Assembly (NCBI GenBank): GCA_963664705.1
Contig: OY761556.1
Location: forward strand, 3,360,001 to 3,424,000
Reading direction: 5' to 3'
Source: Acidobacteriota bacterium
GTDB lineage: Bacteria; Acidobacteriota; UBA6911
Length of the DNA: 64,000 bases
Positions 52,895 to 62,650 of the stretch are shown here, piece by piece. The notes under the pieces were generated by a model. The model was not told the DNA's origin. It ran no database searches and saw only the letters and a program-made list of their open reading frames with translations. A program made the position numbers and the translations under genes. Each line of letters starts with the position of its first letter. Within the stretch, counting starts at the first letter, position 1.

Positions 52895-53707
52895 ATGATT
52901 CCATGGGTTATTCTGTCCAACTTTCTGAAGAAGATCTATCTTCAGCGGAGCCTGATCCGCAATTTCGTTATCAGGGATTTGAAGGCGCGGTACATCGGGT
53001 CCTTTATGGGCCTTTTCTGGAGCGTCATTCATCCGATTGTGCTGTTGGTCAGCTATAGCTTTGTCTTTGTCATCATTTTCAAACAGGTGCCCAAGCCGGA
53101 AACAGGGACGGATAATTTCCCCTTATTTCTATTCTGCAGCATCCTTCCCTGGCTCTTTTTCCAGGACACGCTTCAGCGATCGAGCACCGTGCTTATCGAC
53201 AATGCCAACCTGGTGACCAAAACGCTGTTTCCCAGCGAAATCCTGCCATTGGCAGTGGCACTGGCCGGGCTTGTCAATCATCTGATCGGGTTTGCGATTC
53301 TACTCGTCATTATTTTCTTTACGATAGGAAAGATCAGCATTTTCATCCTCCTGGTCCCGGTTTATTTCCTGATGCTCATGCTTTTTACTCTGGGTGTCTC
53401 CTGGTTTGTTTCCAGCCTGAACGTCTTTGTGCGTGATGTTTCCCAGGTTCTCACCGTCATTCTGACGTTCTGGTTCTGGTTTACGCCTATCTTTTACACG
53501 GCAGACAGGTTTCCGGCCAAGCTGATGATTCTGATCCGGCTGAATCCCATGGCCCATGTTGTCGTGGGATACCGGGATTGTCTGCTTCGCAGGCAAATGC
53601 CCGACATGAAAATTCTGGCTATCCTGACAACCGTATCGGTTGTGATCTTCATGGTGGGTGGTCTCTTTTTCCGAAAAACAAAGCGCGAATTTGTGGATGT
53701 CCTCTAA
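52895..53707 (+). CDS. wzm: Polysaccharide ABC transporter permease
   Basis: RDLKARY.GS..G..W, RD..Q, TPIFY and LNP motifs. Confidence 0.92.
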   Translation: MIPWVILSNFLKKIYLQRSLIRNFVIRDLKARYIGSFMGLFWSVIHPIVLLVSYSFVFVIIFKQVPKPETGTDNFPLFLFCSILPWLFFQDTLQRSSTVLIDNANLVTKTLFPSEILPLAVALAGLVNHLIGFAILLVIIFFTIGKISIFILLVPVYFLMLMLFTLGVSWFVSSLNVFVRDVSQVLTVILTFWFWFTPIFYTADRFPAKLMILIRLNPMAHVVVGYRDCLLRRQMPDMKILAILTTVSVVIFMVGGLFFRKTKREFVDVL

Positions 53708-55029
53708 TGGCAGTGATCACGGTCCGGCACCTTTCAAAAAAATATAGAATCTACGATCGCCCGTGGGACAAACTGCGCGAACTGGTCGGATTCGGATCGA
53801 CAAAGCTGCATCGTGAATTCTGGGCACTGGAAGATATCTCGTTCGAACTGGAAGCCGGGCAGACACTGGGAATCATCGGACAGAACGGGTCCGGGAAAAG
53901 TACGCTGCTTCAGATCCTCGCAGGCATCATGAGCCAGACGCTCGGAGACTGCCTGGTCTCTGGAAAAGTGTCCGCATTGCTGGAACTGGGCTCAGGGTTT
54001 AATCCGGAATTCACCGGACGTGAAAATGTCTATATGAATGGCGCAATCCTGGGTCTGGACACGCGGGAGATGGACAAGCGCTTTGATCGGGTCGCCGCCT
54101 TTGCTGAAATCGGCGACTTCATCGATCAGCCGGTCAAAACTTATTCCAGCGGGATGTTCATGCGGCTGGCCTTTGCAGTGGCCGTGAATGTCGACCCGGA
54201 TATTCTTCTTGTAGATGAAGCGCTGGCCGTTGGCGATCTGATTTTTCAGCACCGGTGCATGCACCGGATGAATTCTCTGCGCGATAGCGGGAAGACTACC
54301 GTCTTCGTGACCCATGACCTGGAAGCCATTACAAAGTTCTGCGACCGGGCGATACTCCTCGACGGCGGACGGCTTCTCGAGGACGGAAGACCGGATGTGG
54401 TTGTACAGAAATATCGTGCACTGATGTTTGAACGGGAACGCAAATACGGCGGCTTCGATGGGACTGCGATCCCAGGCATGGCAGAGCTGCGCGCCGAAAA
54501 GGAAATGCCGGTCGCCCGTACGATCCCCAACATCGATCACCGGTTTGGCAATGGCGAGGCGCTGATTCTGGGGGTTGAATTGCTCGACAGCTCCGAAAAA
54601 ACAGTTTCGCAGGTTGTGGGGGGGCAAACGGCCATCATCCGCGTTTCCGTTCAACTCAAGCAGGATATTGAGAGGCCAATCATAGGGTATACAATGCGCG
54701 ACCGGCTGGGCGTCGAGATATCGAGTTGTAACACGTCCTATGCGGGACGCCCCCTCCCTTCAGGAAAAGCAGGACAGATAATAACCAGCGACTTTTCGAT
54801 CAAATTCCCGGACCTGGCGCCCGGCAGTTACTCCATTTCGCCCGCGGTCGCCAAAGGAAGCATCCTGCGTCACGACCAATGCGATTGGATTGATAACGCT
54901 CTGGTATTTACTCTGGGATCGCAAAGTCTGATTTATGGCATGATGCGGATGGATGTCGAAGTGGAGAATTACATTTCACCCGCGATGCAGGATGAATCGC
55001 TGACAGATTCGGTTCCCGGACACGCTTGA
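53707..55029 (+). CDS. wzt: Polysaccharide ABC transporter ATPase with Wzt C-terminal domain
   Basis: GQNGSGKST, YSSGM..RLAF and DEALAVGD motifs; C-terminal R.G.GEA Wzt_C domain. Confidence 0.93.
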   Translation: MAVITVRHLSKKYRIYDRPWDKLRELVGFGSTKLHREFWALEDISFELEAGQTLGIIGQNGSGKSTLLQILAGIMSQTLGDCLVSGKVSALLELGSGFNPEFTGRENVYMNGAILGLDTREMDKRFDRVAAFAEIGDFIDQPVKTYSSGMFMRLAFAVAVNVDPDILLVDEALAVGDLIFQHRCMHRMNSLRDSGKTTVFVTHDLEAITKFCDRAILLDGGRLLEDGRPDVVVQKYRALMFERERKYGGFDGTAIPGMAELRAEKEMPVARTIPNIDHRFGNGEALILGVELLDSSEKTVSQVVGGQTAIIRVSVQLKQDIERPIIGYTMRDRLGVEISSCNTSYAGRPLPSGKAGQIITSDFSIKFPDLAPGSYSISPAVAKGSILRHDQCDWIDNALVFTLGSQSLIYGMMRMDVEVENYISPAMQDESLTDSVPGHA

Positions 55030-57416
55030 TCCGCGTTCCATGTATTCCCAATATGCTGTTTCGATTGCGTGCACTGCTATTCCTTGTCGTTACCGTACTG
55101 CTGCTTCCGGTTCTGCTGGCGGTATGGCTGACGATTGCTTTCTTCAACCTCATTTGCAGTCTTGCAGGAACCTCACAGCAGGACGGACCATCGAACATAC
55201 CGCCGAAATCCGACATTGCCTCCATCATTGTCCTGAATTGGAATGGCAAAGATCTTCTCGCACAAGGAATCCCTTCCATTCTGGAAGCCGTCCGGCGGGA
55301 TGGTCGTCCGCACGAAGTTATGGTTGTAGACAATGGCAGTACGGACGACTCCGTTCAATACATTGAAGCTAACTATCCTCAGATTCGCGTTCTTGCACTG
55401 AAGGAAAATATCGGATTCGCCGAAGGCAACAACGCCGGAGCCCAGGCTGCAAAAAACGATATCATCGTTCTCCTTAACAACGACATGGTGGTAGATCCGG
55501 GTTTTCTTGGTCCGCTGCTGGCTGGTTTCGGACCGAAGACTTTTGCGGTTTCCAGCCAGATCTTTCTTCAGGATACGGCAAAGAGACGGGAAGAGACGGG
55601 AAAAACCACGGCGGAATTCCGCCGCGGGATGGTTGATTATGCGCATCTCCCGATAGAAACGGAAAACCACCGCCCCCTGTACCCCGTATTCTGGGCAGGC
55701 GGCGGTTCCTCCGCATTTCATCGCGAAAAATTTCTGGCCCTGGGCGGATTTCACGACATCTATTCGCCGGCTTATGTTGAAGATACGGATATCTCGTATC
55801 AAGCCTGGAGGCTTGGATGGGAAGTTCTCCTGGCCCCGGAGTCGATTGTTTATCACAAACACAGAACCTCGACGGCACGCCGCTTCAACAAGTCCCAACT
55901 TCAGGCACTCGTTCTTCGCAACCAGTATCTTTTCATCTGGAAAAACATTCACAGCTGGCCTCTGCTGCTGTCACACGGTTTTTTTCTCCCGTGGAATTGC
56001 TACCGCCTGGCGCGTGATCACGGAATGGCAGCGTGGCGCGGCCTGTTCCAGGCGGTTCGCAAAATTCCATCGGTCGAGTCCCAAAGGCTCCAGGGAAGAC
56101 TCCGATCCGAGCGTACCGATCGACAGGTATTCAATCTCTTTAAAAGGCCGGCGCTTTTTTTTCGCGGACGCCAACGGTCTAAGTCAGAAGGCAAACCTCG
56201 CGTGCTCTGGGTAACGGCCTATCTGCCGCATACCGGCCGGCATGCAGGGGCAGGGCGCATGCTGCAATTGCTGAAACGCATGGCCACCAGATATCGAATC
56301 ACGCTTGCCACGTTTCTCGAAACCGATGAAGAGATCCATTTCCTGCCTGAAGCGGAACCGTATTGCGAGGAGATCATCGCCATGCGGCGTTCTCATCCGC
56401 CTCGCTGGCAGATTTTTCCCTACGAGCCCTTTGATGAGTTTTTAACGCCGGAAATGCTGCAGGCTGTCGATCGATTCCTTGAAGAACGCGATTTCGAACT
56501 GGTTCATCTCGAGTATACGCAAATGGGCGTCTATGCCGATCGTGCCAGCGGGATTCCCGTTCTCCTGACAAAGCATGAGGTAGATTTCGCGGCATGTGCG
56601 CGCAGGGCGCGAACGGAATCCAACCCAGTGCTGAAAATGCGCTGGTTCTACAATTATCTCCAGGTTCTTGATCGGGAGATACACCTGACAAAAAAGGTGA
56701 ATGCCGTGATCTGCATGACCGATCCGGATGCCAGGGAGTTGAAGAAATTCGCACCATACACTCCGGTTCATGTCATAAGCACGGGGGTTGACCTCGAATA
56801 TTTTTCACCGCCCGCCCGGCTTTCGGATGATCCGCGCCTGATTTTCGTCGGGGCTTTCCAACATTTGCCCAATGTTGAAGCCATGTTATTTTTCTGCAAG
56901 GATGTTCTCCCGGTCATACGAAAGGAAGTTCCCGGAATCGAGATGCTGATCGTGGGGAGCAACCCGCCGGCATCGATTGCCGCGCTGGCCTCTATCCCGG
57001 GAGTACAAGTCACCGGATTTGTCCCGGATATTCGCCCGTATATGGCGGACAGCGCCGTGTATGTGGTCCCACTTCGGCTGGGTGTGGGCATTCGCGGAAA
57101 GATCCTCGAAGCCTGGGGAATGGGGATGGCAGTCGTCACCACATCGGTAGGATGCGCAGGGCTGCAGTTTGAGCACGAGCGCAACCTGATGGTTGCGGAT
57201 ACGCCGGAACAATTGGCAAAAAGCGTAATCGCCCTTTTGAGGGACCCTGCCCGAAGACGCCGTTTGGGCAAAGAAGGCCGGAAGACAGTGGAGGAATTCT
57301 ATAGTTGGGACAGTTCAGCACAAAAACTGGATACTCTATATCAGCATATGATCGCTTCCTCTCAGCCCGTCCAGGCCAGCGGGCAATCGAAGCAGGGCTC
57401 AGGTAGAATCGAATGA
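55026..57416 (+). CDS. GT2-GT4 fusion glycosyltransferase
   Basis: N-terminal GT2 (VDNGSTD, LNNDM, EDTD) fused to a C-terminal GT4 (GVD, FVG.F...PN, G.RGKILEA). Confidence 0.9.
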   Translation: MIRVPCIPNMLFRLRALLFLVVTVLLLPVLLAVWLTIAFFNLICSLAGTSQQDGPSNIPPKSDIASIIVLNWNGKDLLAQGIPSILEAVRRDGRPHEVMVVDNGSTDDSVQYIEANYPQIRVLALKENIGFAEGNNAGAQAAKNDIIVLLNNDMVVDPGFLGPLLAGFGPKTFAVSSQIFLQDTAKRREETGKTTAEFRRGMVDYAHLPIETENHRPLYPVFWAGGGSSAFHREKFLALGGFHDIYSPAYVEDTDISYQAWRLGWEVLLAPESIVYHKHRTSTARRFNKSQLQALVLRNQYLFIWKNIHSWPLLLSHGFFLPWNCYRLARDHGMAAWRGLFQAVRKIPSVESQRLQGRLRSERTDRQVFNLFKRPALFFRGRQRSKSEGKPRVLWVTAYLPHTGRHAGAGRMLQLLKRMATRYRITLATFLETDEEIHFLPEAEPYCEEIIAMRRSHPPRWQIFPYEPFDEFLTPEMLQAVDRFLEERDFELVHLEYTQMGVYADRASGIPVLLTKHEVDFAACARRARTESNPVLKMRWFYNYLQVLDREIHLTKKVNAVICMTDPDARELKKFAPYTPVHVISTGVDLEYFSPPARLSDDPRLIFVGAFQHLPNVEAMLFFCKDVLPVIRKEVPGIEMLIVGSNPPASIAALASIPGVQVTGFVPDIRPYMADSAVYVVPLRLGVGIRGKILEAWGMGMAVVTTSVGCAGLQFEHERNLMVADTPEQLAKSVIALLRDPARRRRLGKEGRKTVEEFYSWDSSAQKLDTLYQHMIASSQPVQASGQSKQGSGRIE

Positions 57417-58408
57417 CACGCGTTCTTCTTATCGAAACGGCATCCCCGAAGCGGATTCTCGAAAAGGCTCGGCAGATTCTCGAATCCGGCGCATACACTG
57501 ATCCGGAAGTGTTTGTATTATGCGACGAGAAGAACAAACAGTCGTACAGCGGGATTTCGGGGCTTACCGTACTACCGCTATTTGCACCGTCATACTATCG
57601 CAACGTTCCTGAGCTTGGCGGAAATCCCTTTGATGAAGCGTTCGCCTTCTGGACCGGGGAAAAGCGTTTTCGCAGATGGAAACGTTTGAGTACCCGGATA
57701 AAGGCTGCCAGGACCTATATCCGAAGCGGGGACGGAAACGAATTCCGGCTTACCTGGAAGGCATACATCCGCCATGCCCTATTCCGGCTGCAACACCCTC
57801 TTCCCACGGATCACTGGGATTATGCAGAACCGGGGAGGACGCCGGAAGAAATCCTCATCATCCAATCCGCAGAACCTCCACATGTGCTGGAGGCTTTGCG
57901 CAGGCTGAAAGAAAAACCTCTGTTCGGCAATCCGTGTTATACGCTTTTCTGCCGCAACAAACCGGAAATAGTAAACGCCTTCCGCGGCGACCCGATGCTG
58001 CAGACGATCCTCCCGCATTTTGAAGTCCGCGACAGTTGGAGGCATCTTCGCACTTTGAGGCGACACCATTTCGATGCTGCCATACTCTTTCTGACCGGAG
58101 ACCCCAGCTATTGGAAGGTGAAGGTTTTCGCCTTTTTGCTTGGAGCTCGGAGGATTTTGATATTTAACGAATCATCCGACTGCTTTTTTTTCAATTTGCG
58201 CCAATGGCTCTCCCTTCTTTCACACAGGATTCAAATCCAGTCGCATCCCTTGCCGGGCATCCAATCGAGCCATTCAACTCGGATTCTGGTATCCTTAGGG
58301 CTCAAATTGTTGCTGCTACCATTCCGGTTTGTCTGGTTGCTTTTTGTTTGGCTCCGGCTGCGCAGTGCCGGTTTGAGATCGTCGAGACAGAGCCATGAAT
58401 ATTCGTGA
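57413..58408 (+). CDS. Hypothetical protein with an internally duplicated Rossmann-like domain
   Basis: Translationally coupled on both sides. The halves align (VLLIETA/ILIIQSA; FDEAFAFWTGE/FDAAILFLTGD). Confidence 0.75.
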   Translation: MTRVLLIETASPKRILEKARQILESGAYTDPEVFVLCDEKNKQSYSGISGLTVLPLFAPSYYRNVPELGGNPFDEAFAFWTGEKRFRRWKRLSTRIKAARTYIRSGDGNEFRLTWKAYIRHALFRLQHPLPTDHWDYAEPGRTPEEILIIQSAEPPHVLEALRRLKEKPLFGNPCYTLFCRNKPEIVNAFRGDPMLQTILPHFEVRDSWRHLRTLRRHHFDAAILFLTGDPSYWKVKVFAFLLGARRILIFNESSDCFFFNLRQWLSLLSHRIQIQSHPLPGIQSSHSTRILVSLGLKLLLLPFRFVWLLFVWLRLRSAGLRSSRQSHEYS

Positions 58409-59507
58409 TGATTGCCGTTACTTTCTTGGTCATAAACCCTGTCGGTTCCGTAGGGAATGCGATGGCTGCCCTTATTGCTCTCCCTTCGGGACGAGAGTAT
58501 TGATTATTAAACTGGCAGCCATGGGGGATGTATTGAGAACAACTCCATTGCTCCGCGGGCTGAGGGCCAAGCATCCCATTTGCCACATTACATGGCTGAC
58601 TGAACCGAATGTTGTGCCGATGCTTCAGGGAATTTCCGACATCGATCGGCTCCTTCCCTACACTCCCGACCATATTCTGCAAATGGAGATGGAGACGTTT
58701 GATGAACTCTACTGTTTTGACAAGGAACCCAGAGCCACTGCCCTGGCCGCAAAAATCGCCGCAGCGAGAAAGATCGGTTTCGGCATAAGTCCGATGGGAC
58801 ACACCATCTGCCTAAACACGGAATCCGAATACGCCTACAGGCTTGGCATCGATGATTCTCTAAAATTCCGCACCAACACCAAGACCTACCCGGAGCTTGT
58901 GTTTGACTGTGCGGGGCTTCCCTATGATGATCCTCAGGAATACATCCTGCCCGATTTGTCCACCGAAATCCGGGAAGGTGAGAGGTATCTTCAATCGCTC
59001 GGGGTAAGCCCCGGGGATCTCAAAATCGGGTTGAATACCGGCGCCGGGGATGTTTTCGCGACAAAGAAATGGACGGAAGAAGGATATATCCGACTAGCGG
59101 ATCGGCTGGCAAAGGAACTTGGCGCCAAGATACTACTATTGGGCGGGCCGGGAGAAATTGACCGGAACAGGAAAATCGCCGCGGCAACGCAGCAACCGGT
59201 CATTAACACCGGGAATGACAACCCAATCCGCAGATTTGCCGGAATTGTTGGCAATTGCAGCCTCATGGTCACGGGAGACACGCTGGCCATGCACATTGCG
59301 ATCGGCCTCAAGGTTCCGGTGGTGGTCATGCTCGGTCCCACGTGCCATCAGGAAATCGAGTTGTATGGTCGCGGAAATAAGCTCATCTCCAGCTTTGAGT
59401 GCAGCCCCTGCTACCGAGCCGTTTGCCCCAAAGAGCCCACGTGCATGGATGCAGTGGAAGTCGAGGCGGTATTCAAGTCTGTGGCGGGATTGCTGCAGAA
59501 ACAATAG
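58395..59507 (+). CDS. Glycosyltransferase family 9 (heptosyltransferase-like) with Cys-rich termini
   Basis: IIKL.A.GDVLRTTP, K.W, LLGG..E and DT..MHIA motifs. Confidence 0.9.
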   Translation: MNIRDDCRYFLGHKPCRFRRECDGCPYCSPFGTRVLIIKLAAMGDVLRTTPLLRGLRAKHPICHITWLTEPNVVPMLQGISDIDRLLPYTPDHILQMEMETFDELYCFDKEPRATALAAKIAAARKIGFGISPMGHTICLNTESEYAYRLGIDDSLKFRTNTKTYPELVFDCAGLPYDDPQEYILPDLSTEIREGERYLQSLGVSPGDLKIGLNTGAGDVFATKKWTEEGYIRLADRLAKELGAKILLLGGPGEIDRNRKIAAATQQPVINTGNDNPIRRFAGIVGNCSLMVTGDTLAMHIAIGLKVPVVVMLGPTCHQEIELYGRGNKLISSFECSPCYRAVCPKEPTCMDAVEVEAVFKSVAGLLQKQ

Positions 59508-59527
59508 CCGGTTGATCTCAGATCTGG

Positions 59528-59616
59528 GAAGGTCCGTCTTTGAGGATGAAGCAAATTGCGGCAATCCCATCCTTCCAGCCGATCTTCGTCCCTTCTGATG
59601 ATCCCTGCCACTGTAT
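59528..59616 (-). pseudogene. Decayed duplicate of the last ~90 bp of the adjacent GT2 gene
   Basis: GTCCGT(C/A)TTTGAGGATGAAG...ATCCCATCCTTCCAGCCGATCTTC...CCCTGCC(A/G)CTGTAT matches 59815-59904 with about 8 substitutions and a 1-bp indel. Confidence 0.85.
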
Positions 59617-59712
59617 TCTAATCGGGATTAAATCTGTCTGGCCTAACTCCCCCGGTGAGGCTGCGAGGCTGTGGATAGGAGTTTTTGCAAGCTATTTGTC
59701 AAGTGCGAAGCC

Positions 59713-59747
59713 CTGTGGAGTGCGGAGGCAAGCTCTGCACTCCACAG
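59713..59747. repeat. REP-like palindrome
   Basis: CTGTGGAGTGCGGAG-GCAAG-CTCTGCACTCCACAG. Confidence 0.75.
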
Positions 59748-59807
59748 TTTTCTTTGCAAATAATATGCGTCAGCAGCGCCATGGAAGCGGCCAAGGGCAC
59801 CCCGGCA

Positions 59808-60491
59808 CTAGTTGAAAAGTCCGTATTTGAGGATGAAGTAAATTGCAGCAATCCCATCCTTCCAGCCGATCTTCTTCCCTTCTGAATAATCCCTGCCGCT
59901 GTATGAAATAGGCACTTCGTAGATTTTGCAGCCGGCCTTTGCCACTTTCGCAGTGAATTCCGGCTCAAATCCGAAACGGTTCTCACGGAACGATATCTTC
60001 TTCAGGATATCGGCGCGAAATACTTTATAGCAGGTTTCCATGTCAGTCAGATTCAGGTCGGTAATCATGTTCGACAGGGTTGTCAGGACCCGATTCCCAA
60101 CCGAATGCCAGAAGAGGAGCACACGATGCGGTCCGCCGAGAAACCTGGAGCCAAAAACTACATCGGCCTTATTGGCCAGGATAGGCTGAATCAGGTTCAC
60201 ATACTCCGCGGGATCGTATTCCAGATCCGCATCCTGAATAACAACAATATCGCCGGTAACGGCGGCAAATCCTGCTCTCAGAGCTGCACCCTTCCCCTGA
60301 TTCTTCGGCTGCAGCAGGATCTTCAGGTCGTCCGCAGCTGCTATCTTCAGGAGGATCTCCCGGGTGCCGTCCGTTGAAAAATCGTCGACAACAATCACTT
60401 CTTTCGAATAATCCACCTTCTGTACGCGGCTGAGGAGTTCAAGAATTGTCGTCTTTTCGTTATAGACAGGGATCACTATCGATAGTTTCAT
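59808..60491 (-). CDS. Glycosyltransferase family 2 (DPM1-like polyprenol-phosphate GT)
   Basis: [37 protein letters not shown] and EGKKI.W.DG motifs; ATG at 60491. Confidence 0.92.
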   Translation of the reverse strand: MKLSIVIPVYNEKTTILELLSRVQKVDYSKEVIVVDDFSTDGTREILLKIAAADDLKILLQPKNQGKGAALRAGFAAVTGDIVVIQDADLEYDPAEYVNLIQPILANKADVVFGSRFLGGPHRVLLFWHSVGNRVLTTLSNMITDLNLTDMETCYKVFRADILKKISFRENRFGFEPEFTAKVAKAGCKIYEVPISYSGRDYSEGKKIGWKDGIAAIYFILKYGLFN

Positions 60492-60642
60492 GTAACGTGT
60501 CCGACGAAATAGATATAATGATCGATGGATTCTATGTCCCGTGGTTTTCTTCCTGTTCGGCAGCTGGGATTTAGCTTTTTGCTGCGGACAAGAGGCACGG
60601 CAACGAACTCGCGTGAAACAATAGACTACCCGTTTTGTATCT

Positions 60643-61677
60643 ATGAATTCCACAACGAATTTGCCGACAATTTCGGTGATCATCCCAAACCACAACGGCT
60701 CGGGATTTCTTGACAGATGCCTAAAATCACTTCGGTTGCAGACCGTCGGGAGTCTGGAAATCATCGTGGTGGATAATGCCTCGCGGGACAACTCCATCGA
60801 GGTAATCCGGGCCAATCAGGCAATCGCAATTCAGAACGAAAGGAATCTTGGTTTCGCCGGCGCCGTCAACGTGGGAATACATGCAGCCAGGGGCGAATGG
60901 GTGGCCATCCTGAACAATGACACGGAACTACCGCCCAATTGGTTTGCGGAATGTACCAGGGGGATTCAATCGCATGCCGATGCCGCATTCCTGACCTGCA
61001 AGATTCTGGATTTTACTCATCGCAATAGAATCTACAGTGCGGGCGACTGCTGCCTGCGCGCAGGCATCGGGTATCGGCGCGGGCAAGAACTCCCTGACCG
61101 GCCGGAGTTCAGCCGGGAATGTCTGATTTTTTCCGCTTCGGGATGCGCCGCCCTGTATCGACGCGACATACTGCTTCAGCTTGGATGCTTTGACGAACGC
61201 TTTTTCGCATATCTCGAAGATGTCGATCTGGGTCTGAGGCTGCAGGCTGCGGGCTATTATGGTTATTATCTTCCGCGTGCACAGGTCTTTCATGTTGGAT
61301 CCGGAACCAGTGGAGGAGAATTTTCCTCCCTTGCAGTCCGGCTGCGGACGCGCAATTCCCTTTTGCTGCTGCTCAAAAGCTTTCCTGGAACTATCCTGTT
61401 GAGATCCCTTCCAATGGTTGCTTTCATGCAGCTATCCTGGGCATTACGAGTCGCGGCTCATTGGCGGCTGGGTTCGTACCTGCGCGGGCTTATCGAGACG
61501 CTGCTGCTGATTCCAACCATGGCAAGGGCAAGGGCAGGCATGCGGCCGATGTGGAGACGATCAGGTCAACACCTTTGGCATGAGATCCTCAGATCGGAGG
61601 CTATGGCACGCCTGGATTTCATGGAACCGGAAGGGCATCATTCGGTATTTTTGAGGTTGTATTTTCGTTTGTTTTGA
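60643..61677 (+). CDS. Glycosyltransferase family 2
   Basis: VVDNAS.D, N.GFA...N.G, LNNDT and [10 protein letters not shown] motifs. Confidence 0.9.
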   Translation: MNSTTNLPTISVIIPNHNGSGFLDRCLKSLRLQTVGSLEIIVVDNASRDNSIEVIRANQAIAIQNERNLGFAGAVNVGIHAARGEWVAILNNDTELPPNWFAECTRGIQSHADAAFLTCKILDFTHRNRIYSAGDCCLRAGIGYRRGQELPDRPEFSRECLIFSASGCAALYRRDILLQLGCFDERFFAYLEDVDLGLRLQAAGYYGYYLPRAQVFHVGSGTSGGEFSSLAVRLRTRNSLLLLLKSFPGTILLRSLPMVAFMQLSWALRVAAHWRLGSYLRGLIETLLLIPTMARARAGMRPMWRRSGQHLWHEILRSEAMARLDFMEPEGHHSVFLRLYFRLF

Positions 61678-61723
61678 CGGTTATGGTTTTTTATTTGCAA
61701 ACTCCCGGGTTAAAAAATAAACC

Positions 61724-62650
61724 GTGATATCCATTGTCATCGTAAACTGGAATTCCGGGCCGTTGCTGGAGCGATGCGTGCGTTCTGTACTCAAGAATGC
61801 CGCAGAGACACAGATAATCGTCGTGGATAACGCATCCACTGATGACAGCCTGCACTTTGCCCAAAGTCTGCAAAATTCGGTATTGGTTCTTCGCAATGAG
61901 AGAAACATGGGATTTGCAGCCGCAAATAACCTCGGGTGGAGCGTAAGCAATGGCGACCCGGTCCTGTTTCTCAATCCCGACATCGAATGTTACTCAGAAT
62001 CAATCAGCCAGCTGGAGAAAACGCTTAAGGCCGATGATGCCCTCTGGGCGGTGGGAGGCCGGCTGATCGGATTATCCGGCAGTCCGCAAACCGGATTCAA
62101 TGTCCGTGCCTTCCCCACCATCGGAAGTGTGGCGGCCGAATCGCTTTTTCTGGATGAGATATGGAAATCCAACCCCTGGACCGGAGCCAATAATATCGAC
62201 AACGATACCGAAATAGACGTGGATCAACCAGCCGCGGCCTGTTTGATGATTTGCCGGGATGCACTGGAGGTTATCGACGGTTTCGACGAAGGCTTCTATC
62301 CAGCATGGTTCGAGGATGTGGATTTATGCCGGAGGATTCGCACCCAGGGAGGCCGCATTCGATATCAGCCGAAAGCCAGGTTCCTGCATCACGGGGGGCA
62401 CAGTCTGAAGCGATTATCCAGGCAGGAATTCCTGGAATCATTTCATCGCAATCAGATTCGGTACTTTTTCAAGCATCATGGAACGCGTTCGGCAGCCCGG
62501 GTGAGAAGACTGGCGACCGTTGGACTGCTTCTCCGAAGCGCGCTTTCCATCGCATTCCCGTTGGCACCGGGCTATTCCAGGATGGCCTCAGCCAGAGCCT
62601 ACTGGAATGCCGCCCGGACCATATCCCGGCCGGGAAAGGTCACGGCATGA
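61724..62650 (+). CDS. Glycosyltransferase family 2 (WbbL-like)
   Basis: IVNWN, VDNASTD, LNPD and FEDVDLC motifs. Confidence 0.9.
   Translation: MISIVIVNWNSGPLLERCVRSVLKNAAETQIIVVDNASTDDSLHFAQSLQNSVLVLRNERNMGFAAANNLGWSVSNGDPVLFLNPDIECYSESISQLEKTLKADDALWAVGGRLIGLSGSPQTGFNVRAFPTIGSVAAESLFLDEIWKSNPWTGANNIDNDTEIDVDQPAAACLMICRDALEVIDGFDEGFYPAWFEDVDLCRRIRTQGGRIRYQPKARFLHHGGHSLKRLSRQEFLESFHRNQIRYFFKHHGTRSAARVRRLATVGLLLRSALSIAFPLAPGYSRMASARAYWNAARTISRPGKVTA

Noticed and set aside
59528-59904. Diversity-generating retroelement TR/VR pair
   Set aside because: Mismatches are not confined to adenines on one strand, there is an indel, and no reverse transcriptase is in the window.
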